From: Bacteroidota bacterium
GTDB lineage: Bacteria; Bacteroidota; Bacteroidia; AKYH767-A; OLB10
NCBI GenBank assembly: GCA_046340555.1
Contig: JBKDSL010000023.1
Location: 1 to 61,975, forward strand
Reading direction: 5' to 3'
Length of the DNA stretch: 61,975 nt
Positions 38,470 through 49,410 of this stretch are shown in pieces (the first letter of the stretch is position 1; the number at the start of each line of letters is the position of its first letter). The position numbers and the translations under genes are program-made. The notes beneath the pieces are model-generated. The model made no database searches and had not been told where the DNA came from. It saw only the letters and a list, made by a program, of their open reading frames with translations.

Positions 38470-41400
38470 ATGATAAACCAACTATCATTAAAACAAGCAT
38501 TATCATTTTTCAAGCTAGTGCCATCATTGGTATTGGTCACTGTTTTTTCAGTGATTTCCGAATCAAAGGCGCAGTCTACATGTTCCATTCCTACACAAAT
38601 CAGTGGATTTGGTGTAGATGGTGACTTGAATGCAAATTCTCCTGCTTCAGTTTTGGGCGAGTCCTGGTTCAGCTCTTCAGCATTCCCAGGTACGGGTGTT
38701 GGAATAATCAGCTCTTCCAGTCTCACGGCGACGCCAGCAATATCCGCATTCCAATTTGATTCGATCATCCAAGCAGGAACAACCTCACAGGCGCGAAATC
38801 GTACTTATCTGCAGCGCATGGCGTTTCCCTTCCTTACAAATATCAATGGTAATACACTTATAGACGCTTTTGCCGTCAGGGACAATATCTCCCCAGATAC
38901 CTCATCGTTTTCAGGTAGCAATAAAAATGGGGATAATCCCTCCATTTGGGGCATTGCTACTTCTTCTGTTCCAAACAAAAATGATATAATTGATGCTGGT
39001 GGGCATTTGCGTAGAAGCGGTGTAGACAATAAACTTCGGATGTTTGCTTATCTGACTAAACTAGGCACTAGTGGCGACAGTTATACTGACATTGAGATTT
39101 ACAGGCAGGTTCCAACTTTCAATCCAATAACTGGAAACTTCTCTAATACCGGACCAGCTACAACTGGCGGACATACTACATTCAGTTTTTCAAATACGGC
39201 AGCTATTGCCGTTCCCGGTGATATATTGGTCTGCATCAATTATAATTCTTCTAGTGGAGTTGCATCCTTGAGGGTTTGGTGTAATATCAACAATTTGGAC
39301 GGCAATGGAAATGGAATTGCATGGTTCAATGCGCAACCAGGACGACCTTTCAATTTCACGGGGGATTTCATTACCGGATCGGGTAGTAACGGTTATGGAT
39401 ATGCAGAGGTATCATCACTTACGGGAGCTTCGTGCCTAGTATATAGTGTCCTAAATATTGCTTCATCCCCAGCCGGATATTGGGGAAACCTTGTAGGCTC
39501 CAGTGCTTCATATAGCTCAACGCTCGATTCTGAGCAGATGGTCAATATCGCTATTAACTTCACTGATTTCGGTTTGGATTTTGCTACAGTAACGGGGCCG
39601 TGCTCAAATTTGTTTGGTGCCTTGTTATTCAAATCGCGTTCATCTTCATCCTTCAGCTCTGAATTGAAAGATTTTACCGGTCCATTCTCATTCGCTAACT
39701 TTTCAGAAGTTCAAGCTAATGCAGGACCTGACAAGGAATTGAATTGTACTAATCCTACCATTTCGTTGTCGGGCTCTTCCATAACTTCTGGTGTGACTGT
39801 GACATGGAATGCATTGTCTGGAAATATTTTAAGTGGAGTAAATACATTTTCTCCCGTGGTGAATCAACCTGGTACATACGTGATGTATGTTCAAAGCCCA
39901 TTGCTATCTACGTGTATTGTTACAGACACAGTGGTGGTGAGTTTGAACTCGACCGCCCCGAATGTTAATGCAGGAACGGATGCAAGCATTTCGTGTAATA
40001 GCCCATCCGTTACATTAAATGGAGCATCATCCACTACAGGAGTAACATTTAGTTGGTCTGCCCTCTCTGGCGGCTCCATAGTTAGTGGTGGAAATTCAAC
40101 CAATCCAGTTGTCGTAGCCGGATGTTACGTGCTTACAACTTCAAATCCAATAAATGGATGTATTAACACGGACACCGTTTGTGTCAATTCAAATACTCAG
40201 GCTCCCTCGATAGTTATCTCCTCTTCAACTAACGCATCTTGCTATGCAAGTTGTAACGGCTCAGCACTGGCCAATGCAACAGGAACAAATGCTCCTTATG
40301 TATATACGTGGTCTAACGGTCAAACATCGCAATCTATCGCTGGACTTTGCGCAGGTACTTATACTGTGACTGTTGCAGGTTCCAATGGTTGTAGTGCCAC
40401 TGAATCAGTAATCATCTCCCAGCCTTCAAATTCGTTGGCTGTTTCGGTTTCCAATATCCAAAATGCAAATTGCAATGGTTCAACTGACGGCTCAATATCG
40501 GTTGTTGCAAATGGTGGAACCGCCCCCTATAATTATCTATGGAGCAACGGATCAACAACCAATAGTACGGGACCCGTAGCGGCTGGAACTTACTCGGTAA
40601 CAGTAACAGATATCAATGGATGTACAGAAAACTCCACTTCAATAACTGTCTCCGAGCCACCCGCACCTTTAATCGTTAGTAGTAATAATATATCCAATGC
40701 TACATGTTTTGGAACCCCAACTGGTTCGATAAATGTTGTATCAACTGGAGGCACTTCACCATACACGTATTTGTGGAGTAATGGAGCAATCACCGAAGAC
40801 TTAAGTGGTGTCGCCGCTGGTGTTTATGATTTGACAGTCACTGATGCCAATGGATGTACGTTTGCATTTTCAGCAACGGTTGGCCAGCCAGGTGCTCCTC
40901 TTGCTTCAACCTCCTTCATATCAAACCCTGCAAGTTGTTTTGGCGGAAATGATGGATCAGCAACAATAAACGCGACAGGGGGAACCTCGCCTTATACTTT
41001 CCAATGGTCAAACGGACAAACTGTACAAACAGCCGGCGGACTTATCGCAGGAACTTATTCGATATCTGTAACCGATGCCAATGGTTGTACTTCTGTTGGA
41101 AGTGTTCAAATACTACAACCACTTGCACTTTTTGCCACTGTAAGCTCCACACAAAACGTAGGTTGCAATGGCGGTTCAGACGGATTAATCAATTTAAATA
41201 TTTCCGGTGGTGTTTCGCCTTACAGTTACTCTTGGAGCAACGGATCAACTTCACAGGATATCTCATCTTTGATTGCAGGAACATACACGGTGACAATTAC
41301 AGATGCCAACGGTTGCACGAGCTCGGTTTCACAAAACATTAACGAGCCATCATCCCAGTTGAGTTCATCAGCAACAGTTAACCAATCCGTTTACTGTTTC

Positions 41401-44400
41401 GGTGGCTCAAATGGAATCATTAATGTTTCTGTATCAGGTGGTACACCATCATATTCATACAATTGGAGTAATGGCGCTACAACATCTGTCGTCAGCGGTT
41501 TATCTGCAGGCAATTATACCTTAACGGTTACCGACGCAAACGGATGTCAAAATTCAGCGATATTTTCTGTTGCAGAGCCCAATGGTCCTTTATCCGCAAC
41601 ACAAATCAATACCAATAATGTTTCCTGCAACGGAGGATTCGACGGTTCGATTTCGGTTTCCGTTTCCGGAGGAACAGCGCCCTATTTGTACCTATGGAGC
41701 AACGGATCATCTTCGCAAGACCTGGTTGCTGTTGCTGCAGGAACATATACCTTGTCTGTTACAGATGCCAATGGGTGTACAGCCTTAATCAATGCTTCGA
41801 TAGGTCAACCCGCAACTCCAATTGCTTCAACTGTTTCAGTTACTCAAAATGTTTCTTGTAATAGCGGAGGTAATGGTGTTTTAACTGCATCCGCATCGGG
41901 TGGGACAGCTCCCTACAGCTACCTTTGGAATAATGGAGCCGTAACTCAATCTATTTCTGGGTTATCCGTAGGCAACTATTCTGTTACTATCACTGATGCA
42001 AATGGTTGTTCTGATAATGCAACCGCCTCAGTTGCACAACCGCTTCAGCCGATCAGTATCCAAGCTACAGTTACATCCAATATTTCTTGTTTCAATGGTA
42101 ATAATGGAACAATTTCCATTTCGATAATCGGCGGTACGGCTCCGTATAATTACTTATGGAATAATGGCTCCTCTGCCCAAAATCTAATTCAATTGCCAGC
42201 GGGTACATACACGGTGACTGTTACCGATGCAAATGGTTGTACTGAACAATCCGTCAACTCAATTACACAACCAGCAGGATCAATTGCCGCCAATATTTCT
42301 GTTTCACAGAGTGTAGCTTGCTTTGGTGGTGGTACAGGTACTCTTGACCTGACTGTATCGGGGGGCACAGCTCCGTATTCCTATTCTTGGAGTAATGGTG
42401 AGACAACACAAGACATATCTAACCTGACTTCCGGAACCTATACCGTCTCAATAACGGATGCCAACGGATGCCTTTCTTCCGCTTCTGGAACTGTCAATCA
42501 ACCCTTAGCTCCACTTGGAATTACGGTTGCTTCAAACTCAAATGTTAATTGTTTTGGAGGTTCTGATGGATCGGCTTCAGTAAGTGTTTCTGGAGGTACT
42601 GTTCCATATGCCTACTTGTGGAGTGACGGGTCAGTGAATAATTCGACGCAAAATCTTGCTGCAGGCAGCTATTCTGTTACCGTGACTGATGCCAATGGAT
42701 GCACCTCTATCCAATCCATACAAATAATCGAGCCTAATCAGCAATTGACTACTTCCCTTAGCCTTGTCTCAAACGTATCGTGTGTTGGTGGATCAGATGG
42801 TTCTCTTTCTTCCACCGTTCTGGGAGGTACCGCTCCGTATTCTTATTCATGGAGTAATGGAGGATCGAGTTCCAATACTGTTGCCTTGTCTGCTGGAACT
42901 TATACATTGACCATAACTGATGCCAATGGCTGTACTGCCTCAACTACGGCATCAATTGTACAACCTGCAGCAGCTTTGACAACTTCAGCCATATCGAATC
43001 AGAGCGTTTCATGTTTTGCTGGCGCAGATGGTTTGATTTCAGTTACGGGAATCGGCGGTACTGCACCTTATAATTATGCTTGGAGCAATGGCACCTCAGG
43101 AAACAACATATCGGGCCTTGTTGCTGGCACTTACACTGTAATTGTAACCGATGCCAATGGTTGTTCTAATACCAATACATTCAATGTTGGTCAGCCAGCT
43201 AGTCCATTGGCAGCAATAGTCAATGCCTCAGCTGATGTTTCTTGTAATGGAGGAGGTGATGGTTCAATCGACTTGGATATTCTCGGAGGAACCGCTCCCT
43301 ACTTGTATAATTGGAATAATGGCAGTGTAACCCAAGACATCGTTAACCTGCCTTCAGGGTTATATAATTGTATTATAACGGATGCAAACGGATGCACTCA
43401 AAGTGTTTCACAGGCCATATCTCAGCCTCAAAATGCCTTAAGCAATATAGCATCCATTACCCAGCAAGTGAATTGTTTCAATGGTAATGATGGAAGCATA
43501 GATTTGACGGTTAATGGCGGCACTCAACCTTATTCATATAACTGGAGCAACGGCTCAACCACGGAAGACTTGTCAGGTTTGCCTGCCGGTGTTTATTCGG
43601 TTTTAATTACCGACCAGAACGGTTGCCAGGATACCGCTTCGGTAACAATCACACAGCCTTCTTTTGCCTTAAGCCTTTCTTCCACTCAAACCGTACCTGT
43701 GTCATGTAACAGTGGAGCTAACGGAGCCATTGATCTAACGGTGATAGGTGGGACCCAGCCTTATAATTTTTCTTGGAGCAACGGCGCTACAAGCGAGGAT
43801 ATATCCGGACTGTCGGCTGGTACATTTACCGTTTCTGTTACGGATGCCAACGGCTGTACAAGCACGCTTTCGGTTAACATCAGCCAGCCACAAAATGCAC
43901 TTTCGTTGAGTACGGTTTCGGTCGCCAATGTTGATTGCTTTGGAGGATCGAATGGTAATATTGACCTCAATGTTTCCGGAGGCACATCGCCATACACGTA
44001 TTTATGGAGCAACGGTGCGGCCACTGAAGACTTGAGCGGCATTACTGCCGGCACTTATACGGTAAGTGTTATGGATTCCAATGGCTGCGATGGCTCTGTA
44101 ACAGTTATCATAAATCAACCCACAAATCCTTTAAGCAACACTGTTACTGTTGGCCAACAAGTGAATTGTTTCAATGGTAATGATGGAAGCATAGATTTGA
44201 CGGTTAATGGCGGCACTCAACCTTATTCATATAACTGGAGCAACGGCTCAACCACGGAAGACTTGTCAGGTTTGCCTGCTGGTGTTTATTCGGTTTTAAT
44301 TACCGACCAAAATGGTTGCCAGGATTCCGCTTCGGTAGCAATTGTTCAGCCGCTCGACTCTCTATCGGCAAATCTCACGTCTACTCAGCAAGTCAATTGC

Positions 44401-45786
44401 TTCGCTGGAAGTGATGGAGCTATAGATTTGACTGCTATCGGAGGAACAGCACCTTATACATATTCTTGGAGTAATGGAGCGCAAACTGAGGATTTGGCTG
44501 GACTGACAGCAGGAAACTACTCTGTAAGTATTACAGATGCCAATGGTTGTACAGTTGTTTTAACTACTACAATATCTCAGCCATTGGATTCCTTATCAAT
44601 TCAGCCCTCATCCACTCAGAATATCGCTTGTTATGGTGACAGTACAGGTGTGATAGATATTTCTGTAAGTGGAGGAACTGCTCCTTTTCAGTTTAATTGG
44701 AGCAATGGTTCAGTATCGGAAGACCTTTCAAATTTGCAATCTGGCGTATACACTATAACTGTTACAGATGCCAACGGTTGTACCTCAGCACAAAGCATTC
44801 AGCTTTCTCAACCTTTAGCACAGTTGTCGGTTTCAGGGTCTACCACAGTGGCAGATTGTATCAACAATGTTGGAGGCGATATATTCATTTCTCCAAGCGG
44901 TGGGACCACGCCGTATGCATATCAATGGAGTACTGGATCAACCACTCAAAATCTAAACAATCTACCTTCGTCAACCTACACGGTTACAATCACCGATGCA
45001 AATGGTTGTACTGCCATTACTGATTTTGTGATTGCTAATAACTCGTTCCTTTTGGTTCAGATCACTTCTGATGAGATTTGCGTTGGTGATTCAGCCGTAT
45101 TGTCTGTGAGCGTTTCGGTACCTGCAACTTATCAATGGTATTATAACAGTTCCCCTATTGCCGGTGCTGTAAATAACACATTTGTTACGTATGCGCAAGG
45201 GTTCTACAAATGCGAAGTCAATTCTGTTTGCGGTATTATAATGTCTGATTCAGTTGAAATTGCGGTCAGGTCTTTGACGGGCGCTTCCATCAGCAGTAAC
45301 CAGATAATTTGTCCGCCGGAGACCGTTGAACTCTTGGCATCGGGTGGTGTAACATATCAATGGAGCCCTGCCATTTATATAAACGACCCCAACTCAAGCA
45401 GTCCGATCGTTAACCCTCGTGAAACTACGATTTACAGTGTGTTGGTTACAGATGATTTTGGTTGCAAGACTATAATGAGTGTTGAAGTTGCAGTTGTTTG
45501 CGATACCATGCTTATTCCAAATGGGTTTTCTCCAAATGGTGATGGTGTGAATGATGGATATGAGATTGAAGGCATAGAAAACTACCCAGGTAACATCCTT
45601 TACATATACAATAGGTGGGGTAATCTCATTTACAAGGCCAAGGATTATAAGAACAATTGGACGGGTGAATGCAATGTCTCCAGTATCAACTATGGTAAGA
45701 AGGTGCCATCGGGTACCTACTATTACATACTTGATCTCAATGATGGACAAAAGCCAAGAAACGGGTTTATCATTCTAAGGAAATGA
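38470..45786 (+). CDS. Giant cell-surface adhesin: unknown N-terminal domain, Ig-like modules, 21 SprB repeats, more Ig-like modules, and a T9SS type-B (gliding-motility-associated, CHU_C) C-terminal sorting domain
   Basis: The ORF is 38434..45786. The ATG at 38470 gives the signal peptide MINQLSLKQALSFFKLVPSLVLVTVFSVISESKAQ. There are 21 units of about 77 aa, each with C.G..G......GG..PY.Y.WSNG......L.AG.Y.V.VTDANGC. The C-terminus is LIPNGFSPNGDGVNDGYEIEGIENYPGNILYIYNRWGNLIY...PSGTYYYILD...NGFIILRK. Confidence 0.9.
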   Translation: MINQLSLKQALSFFKLVPSLVLVTVFSVISESKAQSTCSIPTQISGFGVDGDLNANSPASVLGESWFSSSAFPGTGVGIISSSSLTATPAISAFQFDSIIQAGTTSQARNRTYLQRMAFPFLTNINGNTLIDAFAVRDNISPDTSSFSGSNKNGDNPSIWGIATSSVPNKNDIIDAGGHLRRSGVDNKLRMFAYLTKLGTSGDSYTDIEIYRQVPTFNPITGNFSNTGPATTGGHTTFSFSNTAAIAVPGDILVCINYNSSSGVASLRVWCNINNLDGNGNGIAWFNAQPGRPFNFTGDFITGSGSNGYGYAEVSSLTGASCLVYSVLNIASSPAGYWGNLVGSSASYSSTLDSEQMVNIAINFTDFGLDFATVTGPCSNLFGALLFKSRSSSSFSSELKDFTGPFSFANFSEVQANAGPDKELNCTNPTISLSGSSITSGVTVTWNALSGNILSGVNTFSPVVNQPGTYVMYVQSPLLSTCIVTDTVVVSLNSTAPNVNAGTDASISCNSPSVTLNGASSTTGVTFSWSALSGGSIVSGGNSTNPVVVAGCYVLTTSNPINGCINTDTVCVNSNTQAPSIVISSSTNASCYASCNGSALANATGTNAPYVYTWSNGQTSQSIAGLCAGTYTVTVAGSNGCSATESVIISQPSNSLAVSVSNIQNANCNGSTDGSISVVANGGTAPYNYLWSNGSTTNSTGPVAAGTYSVTVTDINGCTENSTSITVSEPPAPLIVSSNNISNATCFGTPTGSINVVSTGGTSPYTYLWSNGAITEDLSGVAAGVYDLTVTDANGCTFAFSATVGQPGAPLASTSFISNPASCFGGNDGSATINATGGTSPYTFQWSNGQTVQTAGGLIAGTYSISVTDANGCTSVGSVQILQPLALFATVSSTQNVGCNGGSDGLINLNISGGVSPYSYSWSNGSTSQDISSLIAGTYTVTITDANGCTSSVSQNINEPSSQLSSSATVNQSVYCFGGSNGIINVSVSGGTPSYSYNWSNGATTSVVSGLSAGNYTLTVTDANGCQNSAIFSVAEPNGPLSATQINTNNVSCNGGFDGSISVSVSGGTAPYLYLWSNGSSSQDLVAVAAGTYTLSVTDANGCTALINASIGQPATPIASTVSVTQNVSCNSGGNGVLTASASGGTAPYSYLWNNGAVTQSISGLSVGNYSVTITDANGCSDNATASVAQPLQPISIQATVTSNISCFNGNNGTISISIIGGTAPYNYLWNNGSSAQNLIQLPAGTYTVTVTDANGCTEQSVNSITQPAGSIAANISVSQSVACFGGGTGTLDLTVSGGTAPYSYSWSNGETTQDISNLTSGTYTVSITDANGCLSSASGTVNQPLAPLGITVASNSNVNCFGGSDGSASVSVSGGTVPYAYLWSDGSVNNSTQNLAAGSYSVTVTDANGCTSIQSIQIIEPNQQLTTSLSLVSNVSCVGGSDGSLSSTVLGGTAPYSYSWSNGGSSSNTVALSAGTYTLTITDANGCTASTTASIVQPAAALTTSAISNQSVSCFAGADGLISVTGIGGTAPYNYAWSNGTSGNNISGLVAGTYTVIVTDANGCSNTNTFNVGQPASPLAAIVNASADVSCNGGGDGSIDLDILGGTAPYLYNWNNGSVTQDIVNLPSGLYNCIITDANGCTQSVSQAISQPQNALSNIASITQQVNCFNGNDGSIDLTVNGGTQPYSYNWSNGSTTEDLSGLPAGVYSVLITDQNGCQDTASVTITQPSFALSLSSTQTVPVSCNSGANGAIDLTVIGGTQPYNFSWSNGATSEDISGLSAGTFTVSVTDANGCTSTLSVNISQPQNALSLSTVSVANVDCFGGSNGNIDLNVSGGTSPYTYLWSNGAATEDLSGITAGTYTVSVMDSNGCDGSVTVIINQPTNPLSNTVTVGQQVNCFNGNDGSIDLTVNGGTQPYSYNWSNGSTTEDLSGLPAGVYSVLITDQNGCQDSASVAIVQPLDSLSANLTSTQQVNCFAGSDGAIDLTAIGGTAPYTYSWSNGAQTEDLAGLTAGNYSVSITDANGCTVVLTTTISQPLDSLSIQPSSTQNIACYGDSTGVIDISVSGGTAPFQFNWSNGSVSEDLSNLQSGVYTITVTDANGCTSAQSIQLSQPLAQLSVSGSTTVADCINNVGGDIFISPSGGTTPYAYQWSTGSTTQNLNNLPSSTYTVTITDANGCTAITDFVIANNSFLLVQITSDEICVGDSAVLSVSVSVPATYQWYYNSSPIAGAVNNTFVTYAQGFYKCEVNSVCGIIMSDSVEIAVRSLTGASISSNQIICPPETVELLASGGVTYQWSPAIYINDPNSSSPIVNPRETTIYSVLVTDDFGCKTIMSVEVAVVCDTMLIPNGFSPNGDGVNDGYEIEGIENYPGNILYIYNRWGNLIYKAKDYKNNWTGECNVSSINYGKKVPSGTYYYILDLNDGQKPRNGFIILRK
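43468..43645 (+). repeat. Near-identical intragenic repeat, copy A (SprB unit 15)
   Basis: Hand alignment to 44161-44338 gives 119 nt identical, then 4 mismatches over the remaining ~59 nt. The offset is exactly 693 bp, or 3 units. Confidence 0.85.
44161..44338 (+). repeat. Near-identical intragenic repeat, copy B (SprB unit 18)
   Basis: Same as copy A. The protein segments VNCFNGNDGSIDLTVNGGTQPYSYNWSNGSTTEDLSGLPAGVYSVLITDQNGCQD are identical. Confidence 0.85.
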
Positions 45787-45842
45787 TGTAATTATAATTT
45801 AGGAAGGAAACTATCATATCAATTGCCAAGATGCACTTAGCC

Positions 45843-46790
45843 ATGAAAAATAAAATCAAATCAGCGATCCATGCCACTCTTTTTATTTTGGGTGCAATTA
45901 CCCCAGGGAGAGTAAATGCTCAGTTCGAGCCGCAGTTCACTCAATACATGTTTAATGAAATGTTCATTAATCCCGCGTATGCTGGCAGCAGGGACCAGGT
46001 GTCATCCACGTTGGTTTATCGCAACCAATGGGTGGGTATGGAAGGCGCACCTAAAACTCAAACGGCTAGTATTAATGCACCTCTCATGAACCGAAAATTG
46101 GGAGTTGGATTAAACATAATGAACGAATCGATTGGCGTAACCAAGCAATTCGCTGTTTATGGAAATTATGCATACCGTATAGGAGTGGGTGCTAAGGGTG
46201 CGTTGGCCATGGGGATTCAAGGTGGCTTCATCAATCACCAGGAAAACCTAGCTGATGTGATCACCAATGAGGAAAACGATAGCGAGTTTTTATTCAATAC
46301 TCCCAAGGTAATCCTGCCTAATGTTGGATTCGGTGCATATTACAATACAGACAGGTTTTTCGCTGGCATTTCCGTTCCTAGGTCGCTACGGAACAAGGTT
46401 GCAGGTAATGGCACCAGCGATGTTTCAACTGATTTCTCCTTTTCAACATGGCATTACTATTTGACCGCCGGATATGTTTTCAAAGCCAACGAGTATATAA
46501 AGATAAAGCCTACTATGATGGTTAAAGCTGTTGAACAAGCACCATTGGTCGGCGATTTTTCTCTCAGTGCTTTGTTCTATGAAAGGATTTGGTTGGGAGC
46601 AGCATTGCGAACGGGTGATTCTTTTGCCGGCATCTTGACCATTCAGGCCACACAGAATCTAAGGATTGGATATTCCTATGACTACACAACTACGGATCTT
46701 AGTAATTACAGCAGCGGAACACATGAGATAAACATCGGGTATGATTTTTCATTGGAAAAAAAGCGGATAGTGACGCCGAGGTATTTTTAA
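45843..46790 (+). CDS. sprF: PorP/SprF-family T9SS outer-membrane protein (cognate partner of the upstream type-B CTD adhesin)
   Basis: The ATG at 45843 gives MKNKIKSAIHATLFILGAITPGRVNAQ. The family signature QFTQYMFNEMFINPAYAG is present, with a C-terminal GTHEINIGYDF block. It lies 57 nt downstream of the adhesin. Confidence 0.85.
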   Translation: MKNKIKSAIHATLFILGAITPGRVNAQFEPQFTQYMFNEMFINPAYAGSRDQVSSTLVYRNQWVGMEGAPKTQTASINAPLMNRKLGVGLNIMNESIGVTKQFAVYGNYAYRIGVGAKGALAMGIQGGFINHQENLADVITNEENDSEFLFNTPKVILPNVGFGAYYNTDRFFAGISVPRSLRNKVAGNGTSDVSTDFSFSTWHYYLTAGYVFKANEYIKIKPTMMVKAVEQAPLVGDFSLSALFYERIWLGAALRTGDSFAGILTIQATQNLRIGYSYDYTTTDLSNYSSGTHEINIGYDFSLEKKRIVTPRYF

Positions 46791-46805
46791 TTTCAAATTG
46801 ATTTA

Positions 46806-46845
46806 TAAAAAGAAAGCCTCGGAATTTCCGAGGCTTTCTTTTTTG
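46806..46845. terminator. Bidirectional rho-independent terminator between sprF-like and groEL
   Basis: AAAAAGAAAGCCTCGG-aattt-CCGAGGCTTTCTTTTTT. A perfect 12-bp stem is flanked by A- and T-runs. Confidence 0.85.
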
Positions 46846-46868
46846 ATGCGTATTGCGTTTTTCAGGAA

Positions 46869-48512
<1,644 letters not shown>

Positions 48513-48538
48513 TTAAAATGTTTTTGGTTTTTCAATTA

Positions 48539-48820
48539 TTAGATAACAGCGAAAATGTCAGATTCACGCATGATGAGGTAATCTTTGCCTTCATGTGTGA
48601 TTTCCGTACCGGAATATTTACCGTATAAAACACGGTCACCTACTTTAACGGTCATGGGTTCGTCCTTCTTTCCACCACCTACGGCAACTACTAAGCCCTG
48701 TTGGGGTTTTTCCTTAGCGGTGTCTGGAATGATGATTCCACTGGCGGTTTTGGTTTCCGCGGGGGCGACCTGTACGATGACGCGGTCGGCAAGAGGTTTG
48801 ATGCTGATTTTTTTACTCAT
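48539..48820 (-). CDS. groES: Co-chaperonin GroES
   Basis: 93 aa. Contains [11 protein letters not shown] and [13 protein letters not shown]. Confidence 0.95.
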   Translation of the reverse strand: MSKKISIKPLADRVIVQVAPAETKTASGIIIPDTAKEKPQQGLVVAVGGGKKDEPMTVKVGDRVLYGKYSGTEITHEGKDYLIMRESDIFAVI

Positions 48821-49037
48821 AGTATTATGGGGTTTATAAATTGATTTTTACAGATGACCGCACATATTCAGGAATCGTGCCAATGCAACTTTTAATGACA
48901 CTTTTTCATTTTTATTGATAGGATGGATAAAATGATGTCACCTTGGTAGTCAAAATGACATACCACAAATCTGCTTTAATTGAAAAGTACTTGTGGTTAA
49001 GGTTTGAAAAGCATCCCAGTCCGATGTTCCATTAATC

Positions 49038-49370
49038 TTATTGGGCGGGAGGAGTATTGGAAGCAGGCTGCGGATTTGCAGGTGCTGATGGCACAGCAGT
49101 ATTTGAAACTTGCTCAAGAATGGTTGATTCTTCTTGATTTACAGCGCCTTTGGGCATCATCATGGTGCCAAATAAACAAAAAACCATCAACGCAACTGCA
49201 AATCCCCATGTGAGTTTCTCAAGCATATCAGTGGTCTTTCTTACTCCCATAATTTGGTTTGAAGAACTAAGACCAGATGCCAACCCTCCACCTTTGGAGT
49301 TTTGTACCAATACGATTAAGGCTAGAAGAAGGCAAGTGATAATGATTAAAACGGTGATAAGAGTGTACAT
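49038..49370 (-). CDS. secG: Preprotein translocase subunit SecG
   Basis: 110 aa. Two TM segments with the LVQNSKGGGL loop typical of SecG. Confidence 0.85.
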   Translation of the reverse strand: MYTLITVLIIITCLLLALIVLVQNSKGGGLASGLSSSNQIMGVRKTTDMLEKLTWGFAVALMVFCLFGTMMMPKGAVNQEESTILEQVSNTAVPSAPANPQPASNTPPAQ

Positions 49371-49410
49371 GACTCGTTGATTTTCAGTGTATTTAGATTA
49401 CAATTAAAGC

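Larger units (their letters stand above)
40234..45045 (+). repeat. In-frame tandem array of 21 SprB repeats (231-bp period)
   Basis: I counted the repeats directly in the translation. Each unit has two conserved Cys and the GGTxPYxYxWSNG core. The units are mostly well diverged at the DNA level. Confidence 0.85.

Noticed and set aside
40234-45045. Strong 231-bp periodicity that could be mistaken for a CRISPR array or a non-coding tandem repeat
   Set aside because: The period is an exact multiple of 3 and lies inside one uninterrupted 7.3-kb ORF. Every unit translates to the same SprB-repeat protein motif. There is no repeat/spacer alternation and no cas genes.
48825-48853. Sigma-32-like heat-shock promoter CTGTAAA-N14-CCCCATAA on the groES strand, and a search for a CIRCE/HrcA operator
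   Set aside because: The CCCCAT element ends only 4 nt before the groES ATG, so any transcript would start at or inside the coding sequence. I found no TTAGCACTC-N9-GAGTGCTAA (CIRCE) anywhere in 48821-49037. The resemblance is probably coincidental.
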